DNA from: Peribolospora baueri
Taxonomy: Eukaryota
Direction: 5' to 3'
DNA length: 64,000 nt
Assembly (NCBI GenBank): GCA_029717555.1
Contig: JAMDHS010000056.1
Location: 1-64,000 of the forward strand
The notes under the pieces were generated by a model that searched no databases, had not been told where the DNA came from, and worked only from the letters and a program-made list of their open reading frames with translations. The position numbers and the translations under genes are program-made. This document shows positions 1 through 13,734 of the stretch, in pieces (within the stretch, counting starts at the first letter, position 1; each line of letters begins with the position of its first letter).

Positions 1-22
1 TTTTTTCCTTTTCGCCTCGCAG

Positions 23-218
23 GCCTCTCGGCGACGTCCATATCCCCGACTCGTGTCTGCGGTTCGTCAAGAACAACGCCACGGAGATACACCAGAAGGC
101 GTCTCGTCAAATGCTCGCCTTGTTATTGCTCAACCTTGCCCAGTACGACGTACTCAGCGAGACAGATTTTTATATTGCGCTCGCCTTGTATGACGAAACA
201 GTCTCTCAGGCGCTCTGA
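23..218 (+). CDS. Terminal exon of a VEFS-box (SUZ12/EMF2-like, PRC2 subunit) protein; gene begins upstream of the window
   Basis: Polypyrimidine tract and CAG acceptor at 1-22. Frame 24-218 reads PLGDVHIPDSCLRFVKNNATEIHQKASRQMLALLLLNLAQYDVLSETDFYIALALYDETVSQAL*, resembling the VEFS-box C-terminus (D-x-H/Q-I/M-x-x-x-C-x-x-F-V ... L-x-x-L-x-x-Y/F-x-L/V-L/I-S) as recalled from SUZ12/EMF2. Not in the ORF track. Confidence 0.6.
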
Positions 219-560
219 TTCTCTACCAGTCTTCTTGTCGCTTGCTATGATCTATTGCATTTCACGTTCCAATTTGATTTCATTACGAGTGCGTCAGGTC
301 AGATACGTGGGACGAGAGAGAAGAGAACGAAATAGCATGACGATTTCCATCCACCCATCCTTAGCTCCCGCCGAAACGGAAGAATCGAAAGCAAGCGACG
401 GGACCGAGAGCCCCATATGGAGCGAAGAAAGCAAAGCTCAACAAAGGGGAAGGAACATCGTGCGCGATGGTGTCGATGAAGGAGACGACGAAGGGATGAT
501 TCAAGCCTAAACTAACAAATGTGTATAAACAAAATTCGCAGGGAGCCGACAGACGGAAGA

Positions 561-3500
561 CTAAATGAAGCCGGCCGCAAGTTTCCTTCTCACCTCATCC
601 TCCGGCAGTCGGGGACTTTTGGGCAAGATAGGCGTGGTCGGTTCGGAGAGCACCTCCTCCATCTCCTCCTCATCGGCCGGCAATGGTGGTTGTGTAAAGG
701 AGGCTTCGAAGCTCGAGCCAGTACCCCGTCGCGAGGATATCGTGCCGCTACCGTCGTCGGATGACTTCGTCGATCGTCTGGTGAGCGTCCTTGTCTTCCG
801 CGAAATCCCCCCACCGCTACTATTGCGGATCGATTGGGAGCGAGAGGCATATGAAGACGACGAAGAGCCTCGTCGACCGGGAACAGCTGGTGCGTCGGCG
901 GGCGAAGTGAATGTCCCGTGCGAAGAGGCGCCACCGAGGTCTCCGAATGTGCCCTTGTGGCTCAAGGTGCGAGACGCGCGCGCTTCGGCTTGCTTGGTAC
1001 CGTTTTCGCTCGGCACAGGCGCGTCGGAGAGCGTATAGGCTGGCCTGTCAGTCTTAGAGATACCAGCCATAACGCTGCCAGGCGGTTCGCCGGTGGGGGT
1101 GTTCGCATCGCTGGACGGGCGTTCGATACCGTCAAGCTCGCCGGTCAACTTGCACAATGTAGACGGATCAACTCCGACGGACGCCGCGGTTTCAGCGGAC
1201 GGGCTGATCACCTCGACGTTGCTCTGACTCGTCATGCTCGATGGCCTGCTACTGCTGCCGTACTCCTGACTCCTCCAACCGGCGGAACCGCGCGAGCTAT
1301 CATAGTCGCCATCCGCCGCTGCCCTGGCCACCCGCGCTTGCGACCAGTCGCTGAACGCTGCGATCGAGTTGCCGCTCGACCGTGAGCGTGCCGCGCCGCC
1401 AGAACCGGAGCCTTCCTCGGTGGCGTAACTTTCCACGCCGTCGTCATCCGAAGACAAGCTGGTCCGAGTAACGTGAGCAATAGAGGTGAAAGCATCGCCG
1501 CTTGGGGTCGTTGGGCTAGCCGACGACTCTCTCGTGCCTATGTTGCGAATTGGGGACGACCGCTGATGGGACGGAGAGTCTTCACGTTCCTCCACCATGT
1601 TCTTCCCAGTTACAGAACCACGAGGCCTCCCCTCGATGGCCTTTCGCTGCTGCAAATCCCCAACAGAGTCACGTACCGACCTGGATGTCAAGACGGACGC
1701 GGTAGACCTCGTCGAAGCCGTGCGGTGCGATTCTCTGCTCGACGCGCGTGTGAGCCCGGGCATTGGCGCACGGCGATGTCCGTCGACCAGAGGGCGATCC
1801 GAACTGCTGGGAACGGACCCGAAGACGCGCTCACGATTTCCATCCGGCCCGCCTGGACCGTTGATGGACCCCGCACGTGCCCGTGCAAAGAAGGACGCCG
1901 GCACCCGACTCGATCGCTTGTTTGTAACGGTATAAGCACTGTTGGCAGCGCTCCACTGCCGTGCTGGAGGAGCGATAGGAGCTTTATCGAAAAGCGAAGG
2001 CGCCAAGCTCAGGTCGCGACTCTCCCGGGGACTGCTGGGTCGACTAGACACCGAGCCATTAGAGGACATGACGGTCGGTGACAGCACGGTGTCAGATGCG
2101 TAACCTCCAGACTTTGGCGTCCTCGGTTGCGGACTGGCAAGTGGGCCAGTGCCGACCTTTCGGCTGTACAGAAGGTCATTGGGGGACTTTTGCTCGGGAT
2201 TGGCATTGTTGATGAATGCCGGAATAGCCTTCCGTGCGCTGCTGCTGAGCAAAAGAGGCCTTGGCCCGGATCTGGTGCCACTTCCTGTCGACTCGCGGCT
2301 ATCTCGGCGAGAAGCGGTGCCTCCGAGGGGAGTATGCGGTGAAGAATGTCCCCACGAGAACGAAGCGGATTGCCGAGGAGAAGAGGGCGATTGGAAGCGG
2401 CCGGGAGGCGAGTCGGGTCTGAAGGTAGGTAGAGGGAAGTTAGGGACCGAGTCGCGCTGGCGACGACCTCGACCATTCCAGAGATTCGATAGGTTCGTCG
2501 AGCTCATCAAGCTCGACACGGTGGATGTTGAAGCAGAAGACGGTGAGCGTGCTCTGGATAGCGCCGTCGGAGACCAGGTTGCACCAGAGCTTTGCTGAGC
2601 GTCCGACCCGCGCCAGGTCGCCAGCGCGGCAGCGGAGAGATTTGTCGATGTCTTCGCAAATGAAGCGGCCGCGTCCGAGCGATTGAAGGAGTCGGCGTAG
2701 CGCCTAAAAAGGCTCGCGGGAGACATGCCATTGTCGGACAAGCTAGACTGAGAGTCACTCTGCGAAAGGCGCTGCTGCTCCTCTCCTTGCTCGGATCGGC
2801 CACCGAACCAACGCTGTCGGAACGCAGAGGCTGGTGAACCGGTCGGGCCGGAAGCCCAGTTGCGAAGGGCGGCGACACCGCCGGCGACGCTGTTGGCGTG
2901 GCTGCGTGAAGCACCATCCAACTCCCCATACATGCCGTCGTCTTCCCATTCCGCCTCTTCTGACGGACCCTCGCCGGTCATGGCAGCAGCGAGCCGCCTT
3001 TGCTTGATCATGTATGCTAATTCCAAAACGGGGCCGATGTCCTCGTCCGGGTAGTTTTGCAAGAGCTTCATACCCCTCGAGAAGCCCGTGTCTGGATCGT
3101 CGTCTCCACCCGCTCCGACGCCATCGTAATTTGATGCCTCCTCGACCTCCTCAGCTTCCCTCTGCATCCGATTTGTCCTGGCCAGTCTTCTCCCCGTACC
3201 TAGCAAATCGCCGCGCACATTGAGTAGAAGGGCGCAGCAGACGTCGAGGAGGAAGTCGATCTTGGCCTCGCCTTCCATTTTCTCCGCAAGCACGGCGTCC
3301 CAAACGCGCAGGACGGCAGGCAGAGAGAGCTCGGTGCTTAGAAGGCATGTGAGCCAGCGGAAGGAGTAGTAGGGCAAGCGAGGGTCGAGACGTTTTCGGT
3401 GCTGATGATGTAAGATATGGAGAGACAAATCATCAATTTCACGGAACAGGACGATTGAGCACACATCATAACTAAACCGACTCACCAGATCGACCCATAG

Positions 3501-5676
3501 CTCCTCATCCAACCACTTCAACCTCATCCCGAACTTTTTCAGCGCTCTGTCTAATGTCTCTCCCTCCCTGAGCCCTGCGCTGGGGTTGGGATTGGAAGTG
3601 GAGTCCGCCTGTGCCCAATCTAAGACGCCCCTCATCTCCGCGAGCAACGCTCCGTAGGCCCAGAAAGCGTCCGCTTCGGCGTGCTCCGCATCCGCATCGG
3701 AATCCCTATCTGCGTCCTGGTCCGCCCTCCCCATTCCCTTTACGGGCGCCTGTTTCTGAGCAAAGACGTAGAGTAGCACGAAAGCGATCTCGTGCTGTCC
3801 TTGCGTGTAAGGGGAAGAAGGGTTGAGGAGGGAGTGTAGGTAGAGGATGCGCAAGAGGGAATGCCAGTGTGCGTCGACAAAGGCCCAATTCGGAGGGAGC
3901 GTAGGAACGATCGGAGCAGTCTGAAGTGGCTGAAGGGGCTGCTTTTGTGGGATGGGTGGAAGAGGCGATGCGGAGGCGGAATGGAAGGTGAAAGATTTAG
4001 AAAGGGAGGAAGCAGAGGAAGAGCGAGGGTGTTTTGATGGCGTGGGAGGGGGAGGCGACTCGTCCGACTCCGCGACCGCTGAGGGAATCTTTTTGAAACC
4101 CGCGGCAGGAGTGGGCGGTTGCAGGACGATGGGAGGCGTCCCAACCGCCTTGAGATTGCCTCTCGGCGTCGAGGGGCCGAAATTGGCCGGTCGCGGGGTG
4201 ATGAGATCGTCCCGGTCGAGCTCCGGAGGGACCTCGAGCGTGGTTGCCTCTCCCTGATCGTCGTCGATCCTCGCATCCACGTTCGTTTCTACCAAACCAA
4301 ACGGAGGACCAAGTTGCGGTCGTGCATCGGTTGCACTATCCCGCTTGGAGTCGAGTTTCTGGTCCGCTTCGTCCTCCGAACCCTCAACGTCACCGCCTTC
4401 GCGAGCGTAGCCGTCTACTAAAGCTCCCTCCGAAAAGCGTCTTCGCGCCTCTTCCTCGTCCCTCTCAAGGCTAGCCTCCTCGTAAGAGCTCGAAGCAGAC
4501 TCCGATCTAGTCTCCTCGTTCCCATCGCCTCCACTGCTGTCCACTTCGACTTTGTTAACCCGTCCACCTCGGCGCACCTCCGCTCCGCCTTCTCCTTCAC
4601 CCTCGCTCCGATTGTAGTACGCCTCAATGTCGAACGAGCTGGCCATCGTACTTGTCGAAAGATGCCGCTCCATACTCCGTCCGCCTCGACTACGGGGAGG
4701 CGATTGATCCAAGTTGGGGGATAGGAACGGCGGCGAAGGTCCCCCGCCACCAGAAGGGTCCGGGGAGCTGAGCCCACCGGGAGTAGAAGCCGAAGACAGG
4801 TCATGCTGCTCGCGCACCTCCCGGGAGGCTAGCCCACCCGCCCCATCCTTCTGACCAAATGGCTGCCCTTGGCCCTGCTCTCGAGCTTCTAACTCCGCCA
4901 CGACAAAGTCAGGCTCGATCTCAGCGAGGCGCTGGAGAAGCGCGAAGCGCGTCTCGATCCTCGATGGAACCGTCTTCTGGTCGGGAGCTGGCTTCAATGG
5001 ACATACCCGACTGACACCGACGGGTCTCCTAAACCACCCCAGTTGAGCTCCGCGCACGCGAGCGACGTCTTTGTAAATCTGGTCCAGCAGCGCGTCAAGG
5101 GGACTGAGTCTGCCATCTGGTGTCGGAGGAAGGTGTGTTTGTCGAAGGCGAGAGAAGGACAGGAAGTCGGCTACGAAGGACTTATTAAGGGCACGCAAAT
5201 GGGTTGTTCAGAAAAGGGGTGGAAAGGAATAAGGTAAGGACACGGACGTAGGGCCATATAGATGCGCAACCAAGGAGGCCAAGTCCGCTCCCTTAACGAA
5301 CTCACATAATATTCCTCACGCCTCTTGCGTACAATTTCCCTCCAAGCCTTCCTCTCCGCGGGTAGATACCCAAGCAAGACCTTCCACGCCACGGGTCTGA
5401 TCCATGATGGGTCATCGGGGATGCCGCCAAGGGTAAGTTGACGAAAGGTGTAAAGGTCGAGATGGTCTTGTGATAAAGAGGAGTCGGGGGAAGGGTATAA
5501 GGGGAGAAGGAAGTCGGAGAAAGCCTCGATCCTGGGCAGTGTAACATTACACGAAAGAGAATGTCAAGGAAGAAGACATGCAACGTCAAATCGACCTTCT
5601 CGCCAGGCGATCGATCGCCCAACCTTCATGCTCTTAGCCATATCCAAGTTGGTGCCCACCTCTTGTTACGATCCAT
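561..5676 (-). CDS. TBC-domain Rab GTPase-activating protein (TBC1D13-like) with long disordered C-terminus
   Basis: Spliced exons give MDRNKR/IEAFSDFL...GGIPDDPSWIRPVAWKVLLGYLP, the Arg finger IYKDVAR, the Gln finger YTQG, EADAFW and YSFRWLTCLLS. Introns lie near 5533-5659, 5184-5305 and 3403-3486. The start codon is inferred. Confidence 0.85.
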
Positions 5677-6594
5677 TGTCGGTTAGATCCCTCGTCCTTC
5701 CGTCCACATTCCCTTCGAAAATCTGCGTCCTTCCTTCGTTCCGCCTAATCGTACCAGGCCTCCAACAATCGCCAAAGAAAGTCAAGATGATCGTCCCGAT
5801 ACCAGAAAATGGCGGCCGCGGCGGCGCACTTGCATTTGTCAGAGAGTCACAAGACCGTCGAGAGGATGCTGCCAGAGCGCTCGTGAAGGGAAGGAGGAGG
5901 ACGGCGGTCGAGAAGGAAGGTAGACGCGGGGCAGATGTGGTCGTCTTCTGGACGTCCCCTGCCTCGTTCGTTCGTTTCCTCGTCCTGTCGGTTCGATTTG
6001 GCGCAAGAGGGTGTGAGAGGTGGGGGCAAGGGCGTGCGTGCGCACGTCGCCCAGGTCGAGGCGGGGCGGTATCAAGGAGGAACAGGTCCGGACGATAATC
6101 AGACCCAACCAAGCCGACGAGACCAACCGAGCGGCGGCGGTAGACAGCGGCCTTCGTGGCTGCGGCGACCAACCGCAGGCGGCGTCCTCTTCGGAGCCGG
6201 GGCGTCCTTTCTGTGAACATCTAGTTCCCAAGTCATTGATGAAAGTCGGAAAGGGATTTCTGACAGAACATCTCACGGACGAGTCTCTCCATGTTACATG
6301 TTACCTCATAGCGCCTGCTAAGGTGCAACTAGAGCGGCAGTCAGAAGGGCGGTGCAGACTTTCAGGCCTCGGGCACGGGCCAAATCCGATGGTCAACTCT
6401 GGCTGGTAAAGACCGATAGGGCCGTCTAAGTGCGCGCCGGCTGCCGGACGCCGACGGATGGTTGCGTCGAACAGCCATAACTTTACTCGAGACTAGAAAG
6501 CATCTCTTGACTGTTTTTCTTTCACCACCATCTTCAAGGCCCTCTCGCTCGAAGTTTTTCCAACCCCGTCTACTCGGATTTGCCCAGGTAGATC

Positions 6595-8506
6595 ATGGCC
6601 ATATTTAATCGGAAAAAACGGAATACCAACAACAACGTGGACGCCGATGACGCCTCGTCCGAGGGAGGCGCTGGCGCCAAGCGGATCAACTTCGCGCAGA
6701 GGAAGCCCGCAAGTGAGTGTCGTTCTACCAAGTATGGTCGGAGGGGCCATGTCTGGTGGTGTGAGAGGGACCGTTTGGGTACCTGGCTTTGGGGGTTGGG
6801 GAGAGGTGGTTGGATATGAAATAAATCGGGGCTAGGCGAGAACGCGGTGTCTCTTCTAACGGGAGCGCGCAGCCAGGTGGCTCAGCGTTTTGATGCTTAT
6901 GCCTTCCGCTTGCGCCACCTCCCACCACAGACACTGCCTTTAAGCAACAGCGTCTCAAGGCATGGCAGCCCATACTCACGCCCAAGTCCGTCCTCCCTAC
7001 CTTCTTCTTGATCGGTATCATTTTCGGTCCAATCGGAGGGCTTCTGTTCTGGGCGAGCACGCTGGTGAGCAGACCGCGTGTTCTGACAGTTTGGAATGGG
7101 CTGAGCAATACGCCAGCAGGACTGGAGTGGTCATGCTCGGCTATCTAACACCCATCGTCGTCGTCCGTGGCAACCGACCATTAGGTCCACGAGATCACCC
7201 TCGACTACACCGATTGCAGGCTAGCACCCACTACTTTCACGCAGATGCCACCGAATAAATATTCCTACCACACGCAAGCGCTCAACTCGACCAACTTCAC
7301 CCCTCCCGAATGGTCCTACGCCCCGGATTCTCGGTCCGATGCGCCCGACGGCAAGGCGTGCACGATTCAGTTCAGCGTGCCGTACGCGATGCAGCCGCCC
7401 GTTTTCCTCTACTACAAGATGACGAACTACTACCAGAACCATCGGAGGTATGTCAAGAGCATGGACCCGGACCAGCTGCTTGGCAAATCCCGCTCGCCAA
7501 GCCAGTTGAACTCGGGACAGTGCAAGCCTTTGGCCGTGGACGCTAACGGGAAGGCCATCTGGCCATGTGGGTTGATCGCCAACTCGTACTTCAACGGTGA
7601 GTGACGAGGGACTGAATGAATGGAGCATTGGGTTTGATATGGAGGTGATGGCGTTTTCTTCTCAACGTTGTCCCGCTCCCTTTTTTGCACGCTCGTAGAC
7701 ACCATCCTCGCCCCCGTCCTCCTTAACGCTCCGGGCACACAATCCTCGAACCAGACGTACCAAATGAGTGAAACCGGAATTGTCTGGCCGGGCGAGAAGG
7801 ACAAGTACGGTCCGCCTGCATACAATGTGGACGAGATGGTCCCTCCTCCCTTCTGGCACGCCAAATATCCGAATGGCTATAACGCCAGCTCCTTACCAGA
7901 CCTGAAGAACGACGAACACTTCCAGGTCTGGATGCGCACTGCTGGTTTGCCTACCTTTAGGAAGCTCTATTCGAGGAACGATCACGACGAGATGCTCAGC
8001 GGGCGCTATGCGATCACGGTCTTCGATAGTGAGTTTCGATTCGGCGCCGCCGTGCTTCCTTGGCTTTGTTGTCTGACCCGTGGCATTTATTCGATCCCGT
8101 CTCATATACTCCTCTCCTCCCTGGCTCGTTTCCGCTTTCGCTTGGACAGCCTACCCGGTCGCCGAGTTCAAGGGCACCAAATCCGTCGTCTTCAGCACCG
8201 TTTCCTGGATCGGCGGTCGAAACCCTTTCCTGGGTATCGCGTACATCGCCACAGCTGGAGTTTGCGTGCTCATCGGGCTGATGTTCACGGTGAAGCATCT
8301 TGTGAAGCCGAGGTGGGTTTCATTGCGGTTTAGTTGTCCGCTGGTTCCTTTACCCTGCCTTGTTTTAGGAACGAAGCGGAGGAGTCGAGCGCTCATCGAT
8401 CCCTCGTCCGTTTCATGTGCTACACAGACGTCTGGGCGATATGAGCTACCTCTCCTGGAACCAGCCTGGGACGGCTCATAACGGCCCCGCAGGACATTCG
8501 TCGTAA
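6595..8506 (+). CDS. CDC50: CDC50/LEM3 family phospholipid flippase beta subunit
   Basis: Motifs [77 protein letters not shown] and [12 protein letters not shown] across GT-AG introns. Confidence 0.95.
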
Positions 8507-9242
8507 TTCCATTCGTGATCATTCCCAATGATGCGCACTATGGGCGGAGGTCCCATGGGTGTATGTGGGACATTTTCTACAAATTTAACTCGGTCCTTGC
8601 TTCCCTGCTTCCATCTCTCCCTCGCACAATGTCCTTTTACTCTGGCTCACCCCTCCTGTCCTTGTTCGTGCTCTACTCCCGGAGTCTTTTTCATGCTCTG
8701 TCTGTCCATTTCTTTCTCTCCCCCTCGTGTCTCTTGTTCATCTGTATTCAGGCCATCTCCTCCAATTCGTATGTGTGGTGCCGTGCTGACTGACGAAGCG
8801 ATTAGAATTCTTCCCCCTCGTCTCCTTTGTTTGCCGATCCGACAGGCAGTTAACACGTTTTTGGGGTCCCGGCGAAGGGGAAACAGACCAACGGGCGACA
8901 GATGATTTTTTTTCGAACAGTGGAAAAGAAAATGGGCTAACCTGATGGGCTCGAGGAGACCAAAACAAAAAGGCCGTCAGGCCCTATTCGATCGCAGTCA
9001 TATCCACGGACGCCTGCGACCTGGCGACACAAACGTTGCACGTCGAAGGGAGATACCGAGAGGAGGGACGTCGAGGTGGGTGCACGTCATTCGTCGATGA
9101 GAGGAGACCGGAGATGGGGTGGCCGGGGATGATACGACGGAAAACGTCGTATCGTCTCCGGCTGACCTTGGGGCTCGTCTTTGATGGGGCCGATCCAACT
9201 GCTGCCGAAGCGTCCCGTCGTTCGTTCGATCGCCGTCGCGGA

Positions 9243-10805
9243 TCAGAAAGTCTCGGCCCACGGCCTGAGGCGAGATCGGCCGAGTGGAGGGGATTTAGAG
9301 AGGGGAAAGACGGATGGACGGATGGATGCAAAAAGAGGTCATCAGATTGTCGTCCTTCTGTTCGCTCAGCATCCAGGCCACACACACGGCCTTTCGCGCC
9401 TCCCCCACCCCCTTGCCCCCGAACGAGGGCGCGTCGTCCAAGCAGACGCTCACCGCACGTCGAGCTCATGCGTCCAGACGGAGCGCTCCTGCTCCGAGAG
9501 CTGGAGGTAGATCTTCGAGAGCGAGTCAACGTTCATGCGCTTTTAGATGGGGTAAAGAGACGTGATAGATGGGAGGGAGAAGGATGCGAAATGACAAAGT
9601 CAACTTTCGAATGGCCTGAGGATGCCACCGAACATGGCATCGCGCCGTAAAGGCAATGTCTACGGACTGGTGTCGAGGACGGACCGACGACTGAGAGGTC
9701 GGCGCTCCCCAGCGCTCTTATCACGACCATGGTTCGGTGCATGGCTCACCTTGCCATCGCTGTTATCAGTCCCGACCCAGCTCTGCACGACCGGCGTGTC
9801 GATGAGGCCGTCGTTGATGATGTGAGCCACATGAACGCCTTTGGGGCCCCATTCCCTGGCGAAGGACTGCGGGAGAAAAAGAGGGTGAGAAGGGCGATGC
9901 GGAAAGGAGGACGAATGCAATTGCGAGTGTGTGACGAATTCAATATTTCGGTGACCTGGTCTCCGAGCACCCGGATGCGAAAGAAGATGACAACCTACGC
10001 ACCTGCGAGAGGGCACGGGCGCCAAACTCTGAGCGACACGGGGGAACGACGTAGCGAAGAGTGGAAAGGTGGGGGGAGCGGTCCCTTCAGTCCATGCTCG
10101 CATGTCACTTAATCCAAATGTAGCGTCCGACCGGAAGACGGGGAGTAAAGACGACCGACTAAAGACGACCAGCTCACTACTCACTGGCGGGCGCGAACGC
10201 GGAGAAGTTGGCGCCTCCTCGGACGCTCGCCGTTGCACCCGACACGAGCAGCGAAGGGTAGATGCCCTCGGGGAGAGACGGCTGAGACTCGTAGATGCGC
10301 ATGAGCTCCTGGGCGAAGGTGAAGAGACCGAAGCTGGCGGACGCGTGGCGAGCGGGACGTCGGCAGATCAGCCGACTAGGAACCTTGGATGGAGGACGCC
10401 CGGAGATGAGGCAAACTGGGAGACGACGCACGTATGGGTCCTCGTCCTCTCCTCCAGCTCCTGTCTCGTCGTGTCGAACAAGCCAGCCCTCTTGAACCCT
10501 CCGCCGGGGTTCCAGATGCCGACGGCGACGCCGCGCCCCTTCCACTCGTCTACCTTGACCACCTCTGCGATGGCCCTTTTGAGCGACTCCTCGTCGCCGA
10601 CGTCCGCCTCGAACGCCTTGGCGCGGTGCGAGTCGCGCACGGACGGGTGGGCGTTGACGTCGTCGGCGATGGCGAGCAGCTTGCTCTTCGTGCGCGCCAG
10701 CAGGGCCACAGGATACGAGGCGGCGGCATAGGTGTGAGCGAGGGCGCGGCCGAGGCCGGGACCTGCGCCGGCGATGATCGCGATCGGCTTTGTGGCGGAG
10801 GTCAT
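9243..10805 (-). CDS. Short-chain dehydrogenase/reductase with Phe at the catalytic Tyr position (FAPAK)
   Basis: Rossmann motif GAGPGLG, SGATASVRG, AFAPAKFGARALSQSFAREWGPKGVHVAHIINDGLID and C-terminus WTHELDVRPWAETF*. Multi-exon. Confidence 0.9.
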
Positions 10806-11483
10806 CTTCTTGGCAGCGACTGGGCGTGGGTGAAGAGGGACTACCGGGCTGCTCTGGGCTGCTCCTTTCTTAGCTTTGCTTTATGTGTGGCGGTGGCGAT
10901 GGCGATGGCGGTGGCCCTTGCTAAGCAAGAGCACCATCGGGTATGCACACCGAGCGTCGCACGAGATTCGGCCGAGACAAGACTTGCATTGCACTTGCAT
11001 TTGCACGCCATCGCCGATCACGACGTCCGCCGGCAGGCTCGGGCTCGGCGCCGACGTTGTCGGTCGTCGACGTCCGTCCGCCGTACGTCGCCTCGAAAGC
11101 TCTCTTCTTCGCGCTCTCTCTTCTTCGCGGGCCTGTTTCACGTCCTCCCGACCGGCACCATAGCCTCCCATGCCCCATCCGCGCAGCGTCACGGGCGCTC
11201 GACGCCTCGCTCGGATACACATACCTCGACGACGCCGCTGCTCCCCCGCCCTCGCCGCGCCCAATAGGACGCCGGCTGGGCCGAGCGAGTGATTCTATAG
11301 AACGATACGCGGCGGTACTTTATTATGTGCTGCATGCGGGGTCGCTCCCGCTGGGCGCTCGCGGACCATATGAACCCTCTTTCTCGCCTTCTTCCCTTTC
11401 TCACCCTTTCCCCTCATTCGCCCTCCCCTCGCCCAACTCTCCGACCTCCACACTCCGCCCGCTCCAGAGGAGACCTACCTTGC

Positions 11484-13421
11484 ATGTCGCAGCAGCAAGA
11501 GAACGATAGCATCGACCAGTCGGACGTGGCGTCTCAGGGAACGATGACGCCAAAGTCCACGGTGACCATCAGCAGCTCTGGCGTCGACTCGTTCTTCCGC
11601 GAGGACGGTGAGTGGGGCACCTGCCGATATCGGGTCGACGTCCCCTCCGGCTCACCCTCTTGGGAGTTCTTCCCTCGTCGGTCAAGCAGGCGACCGCAAG
11701 TACCATGCTTCAGAGACGGTCTATAGCCTGCCGTCCGACGATCAAGAGGTCAACCGGTTGAACCTGCAGCACATGGTGAGCGAGCCGCGTGCTCGCAAAC
11801 TAAGGGACATGCTCCCGTGGCTTGAACACTCCGCGACCGTCCCATTGTCCCCTCTTACAGATACATCAGAGACTCCTTGGCGATAGGAACTACCCCGAAA
11901 GGGCGCCGGTTCACGAGACCCTGATGAACCTTGCCGTGCCGCGGCGAAAGAGGAGTGCGTGCATCGCCCCAATCACTTCGGCACCCGGCTTGCCTCGGTC
12001 GGCGGTCTAATTGAACTCTTCGTCCACGTTTACCCTTTCTGCTTCCTCGGCGCTGCCCCGATAGTCCTCGACGTCGGGACAGGCTCCGGCATATGGGCGA
12101 TTGAAATGGCAAGCGCCCGATCTTTTTTCTGCTGACTGCCTCGGCGCTGACGCCTCCTTTTCTCACCGACGTCGTCGACCGACTCTCTTCCGGCAGGCAC
12201 TCGAGTTCCCGTTCACTGAAGTGGTGGGCGTGGATGTGGTGCCCATCCAGCCTCGCGAGGTGCCGCCGAACGTCACTTTCGAGATTGATGATCTCAACAA
12301 GCCCTGGCTTGTGGGTTTTCGGCCTCACCGTCGTCCCATCGCTCTCTTCGCCGCTGATTTTGTCTCGCTTCACCCTCCCTATCGCTCTCAGGCAAGAGAC
12401 AACGGCCGTTACGACCTCATCCACTCTCGCGCCGTGACGTGAGTCGATATTTCTTTCCTGCTTCCACCTTCGTCCCGATGACCGAGACGTCTCCTTCTGC
12501 CTGTCTTCAAGGTTCGGTGTCAAGGACTGGGCCGAATATGTCGGTGGCGTCGTGGCCTCTCTTGCTCCTGGTGGCCTTTGCGTGTTCATCGAGCCCTGGG
12601 ACTGGTTGACCATCTCCAAAGAGTCGGACGGTATTACGGAGAACCTTAATCGCTGGTCGGAATTGTTCAAGCGGCTCGTAGAGGCGAAGGGGGCTCAAGG
12701 AGCTGGGGTGAGCATGACCGTCTTTCACCGAACCAGCTTCACGGCCTCTCTCGCCCTTCTCTGACAATTGGTTCATATGAAAGGCCCGGACGCTCTACCC
12801 CATCCTGGAAGCGCATCCGGATTTGTACGACGTGAGCAAGGAGACTATCGACTGGCCAATCGGTCCCCGTCGCGGTGGTGAGCATCCAGACTGCTAGGAC
12901 GATACCAATGGGAGGGCTTGATAGATGGTCCCACCAACTTCCTCGACGTCGTTGTTCCCCCCCCTCTCTTCCCCTCCAAAGATCAATTCCTCAGCGAGAT
13001 CGGCATTTGGTTTGCCCAGGACATTGGAGCCGCTATATCCTTGGTCAGGTGAGTCCCATCATACCCGCGTGTCTCGTGTACTCCTTCCTCCCCTCTTGAT
13101 CAGCGCTCGAATCAGCTCCTCACTTTGATGTCTGCTCCTCCGTGCACGCGCTCCTTCCAAGCCCACTGTTGGCGGAGGACGGCCACAATGACGCGTAGTA
13201 AGTCTTGGCTTGGCTTTAGCTTTGGATTCTCGAGAAAGGCCAGCCATGTAGGGCCGGATGGACCGGGCTGACGTGCGCGCATGGCGAACATCAGCATCTC
13301 CAACTTTTTGTCCAAAGTGACCAAGGAATTGTGGGACGACCGCAAGGAGGCCCGTTGGACGTGGGCATACACTTGGGCACGCAAGAAGAAGACCGCCGCG
13401 CCGGCTTCGGACGAAGATTAA
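11484..13421 (+). CDS. SAM-dependent methyltransferase, LaeA/TAM-like (Methyltransf_23)
   Basis: YSLPSDDQEVNRLNLQH, LDVGTGSGIWAIEMA, VVGVD, PPNVTFEIDD, YDLIHSR, LAPGG and terminal YTWARK. About 10 introns, one of them GC-AG. Confidence 0.88.
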
Positions 13422-13734
13422 GTCGACCGCACACGTCTCGCAGGTGGCATCGCCGATGCAGAGCGGCTAGATCGTGCCTTGGTGCGACCGAGATGGGACG
13501 ACAGCGTCGGGTCTCTGCCGTTGGAGGAGAGCATGTGAAGGACGTGGCGGAGGGCGATGTCGAAGTTAGGCCACCTCGGGCACCTTCGTCCCGAAAAACT
13601 CCGGGCACGTTTTCTTTCACTTTCTCCTTTCGTGACATTCGTCTTCTTCTAAATGATTGTCGAGGGGGCCGCAGGGAACGCACAACTTCGTACCACTTCT
13701 CGTATACGCCCCTCTTTACCCCCAATAATTAGTA

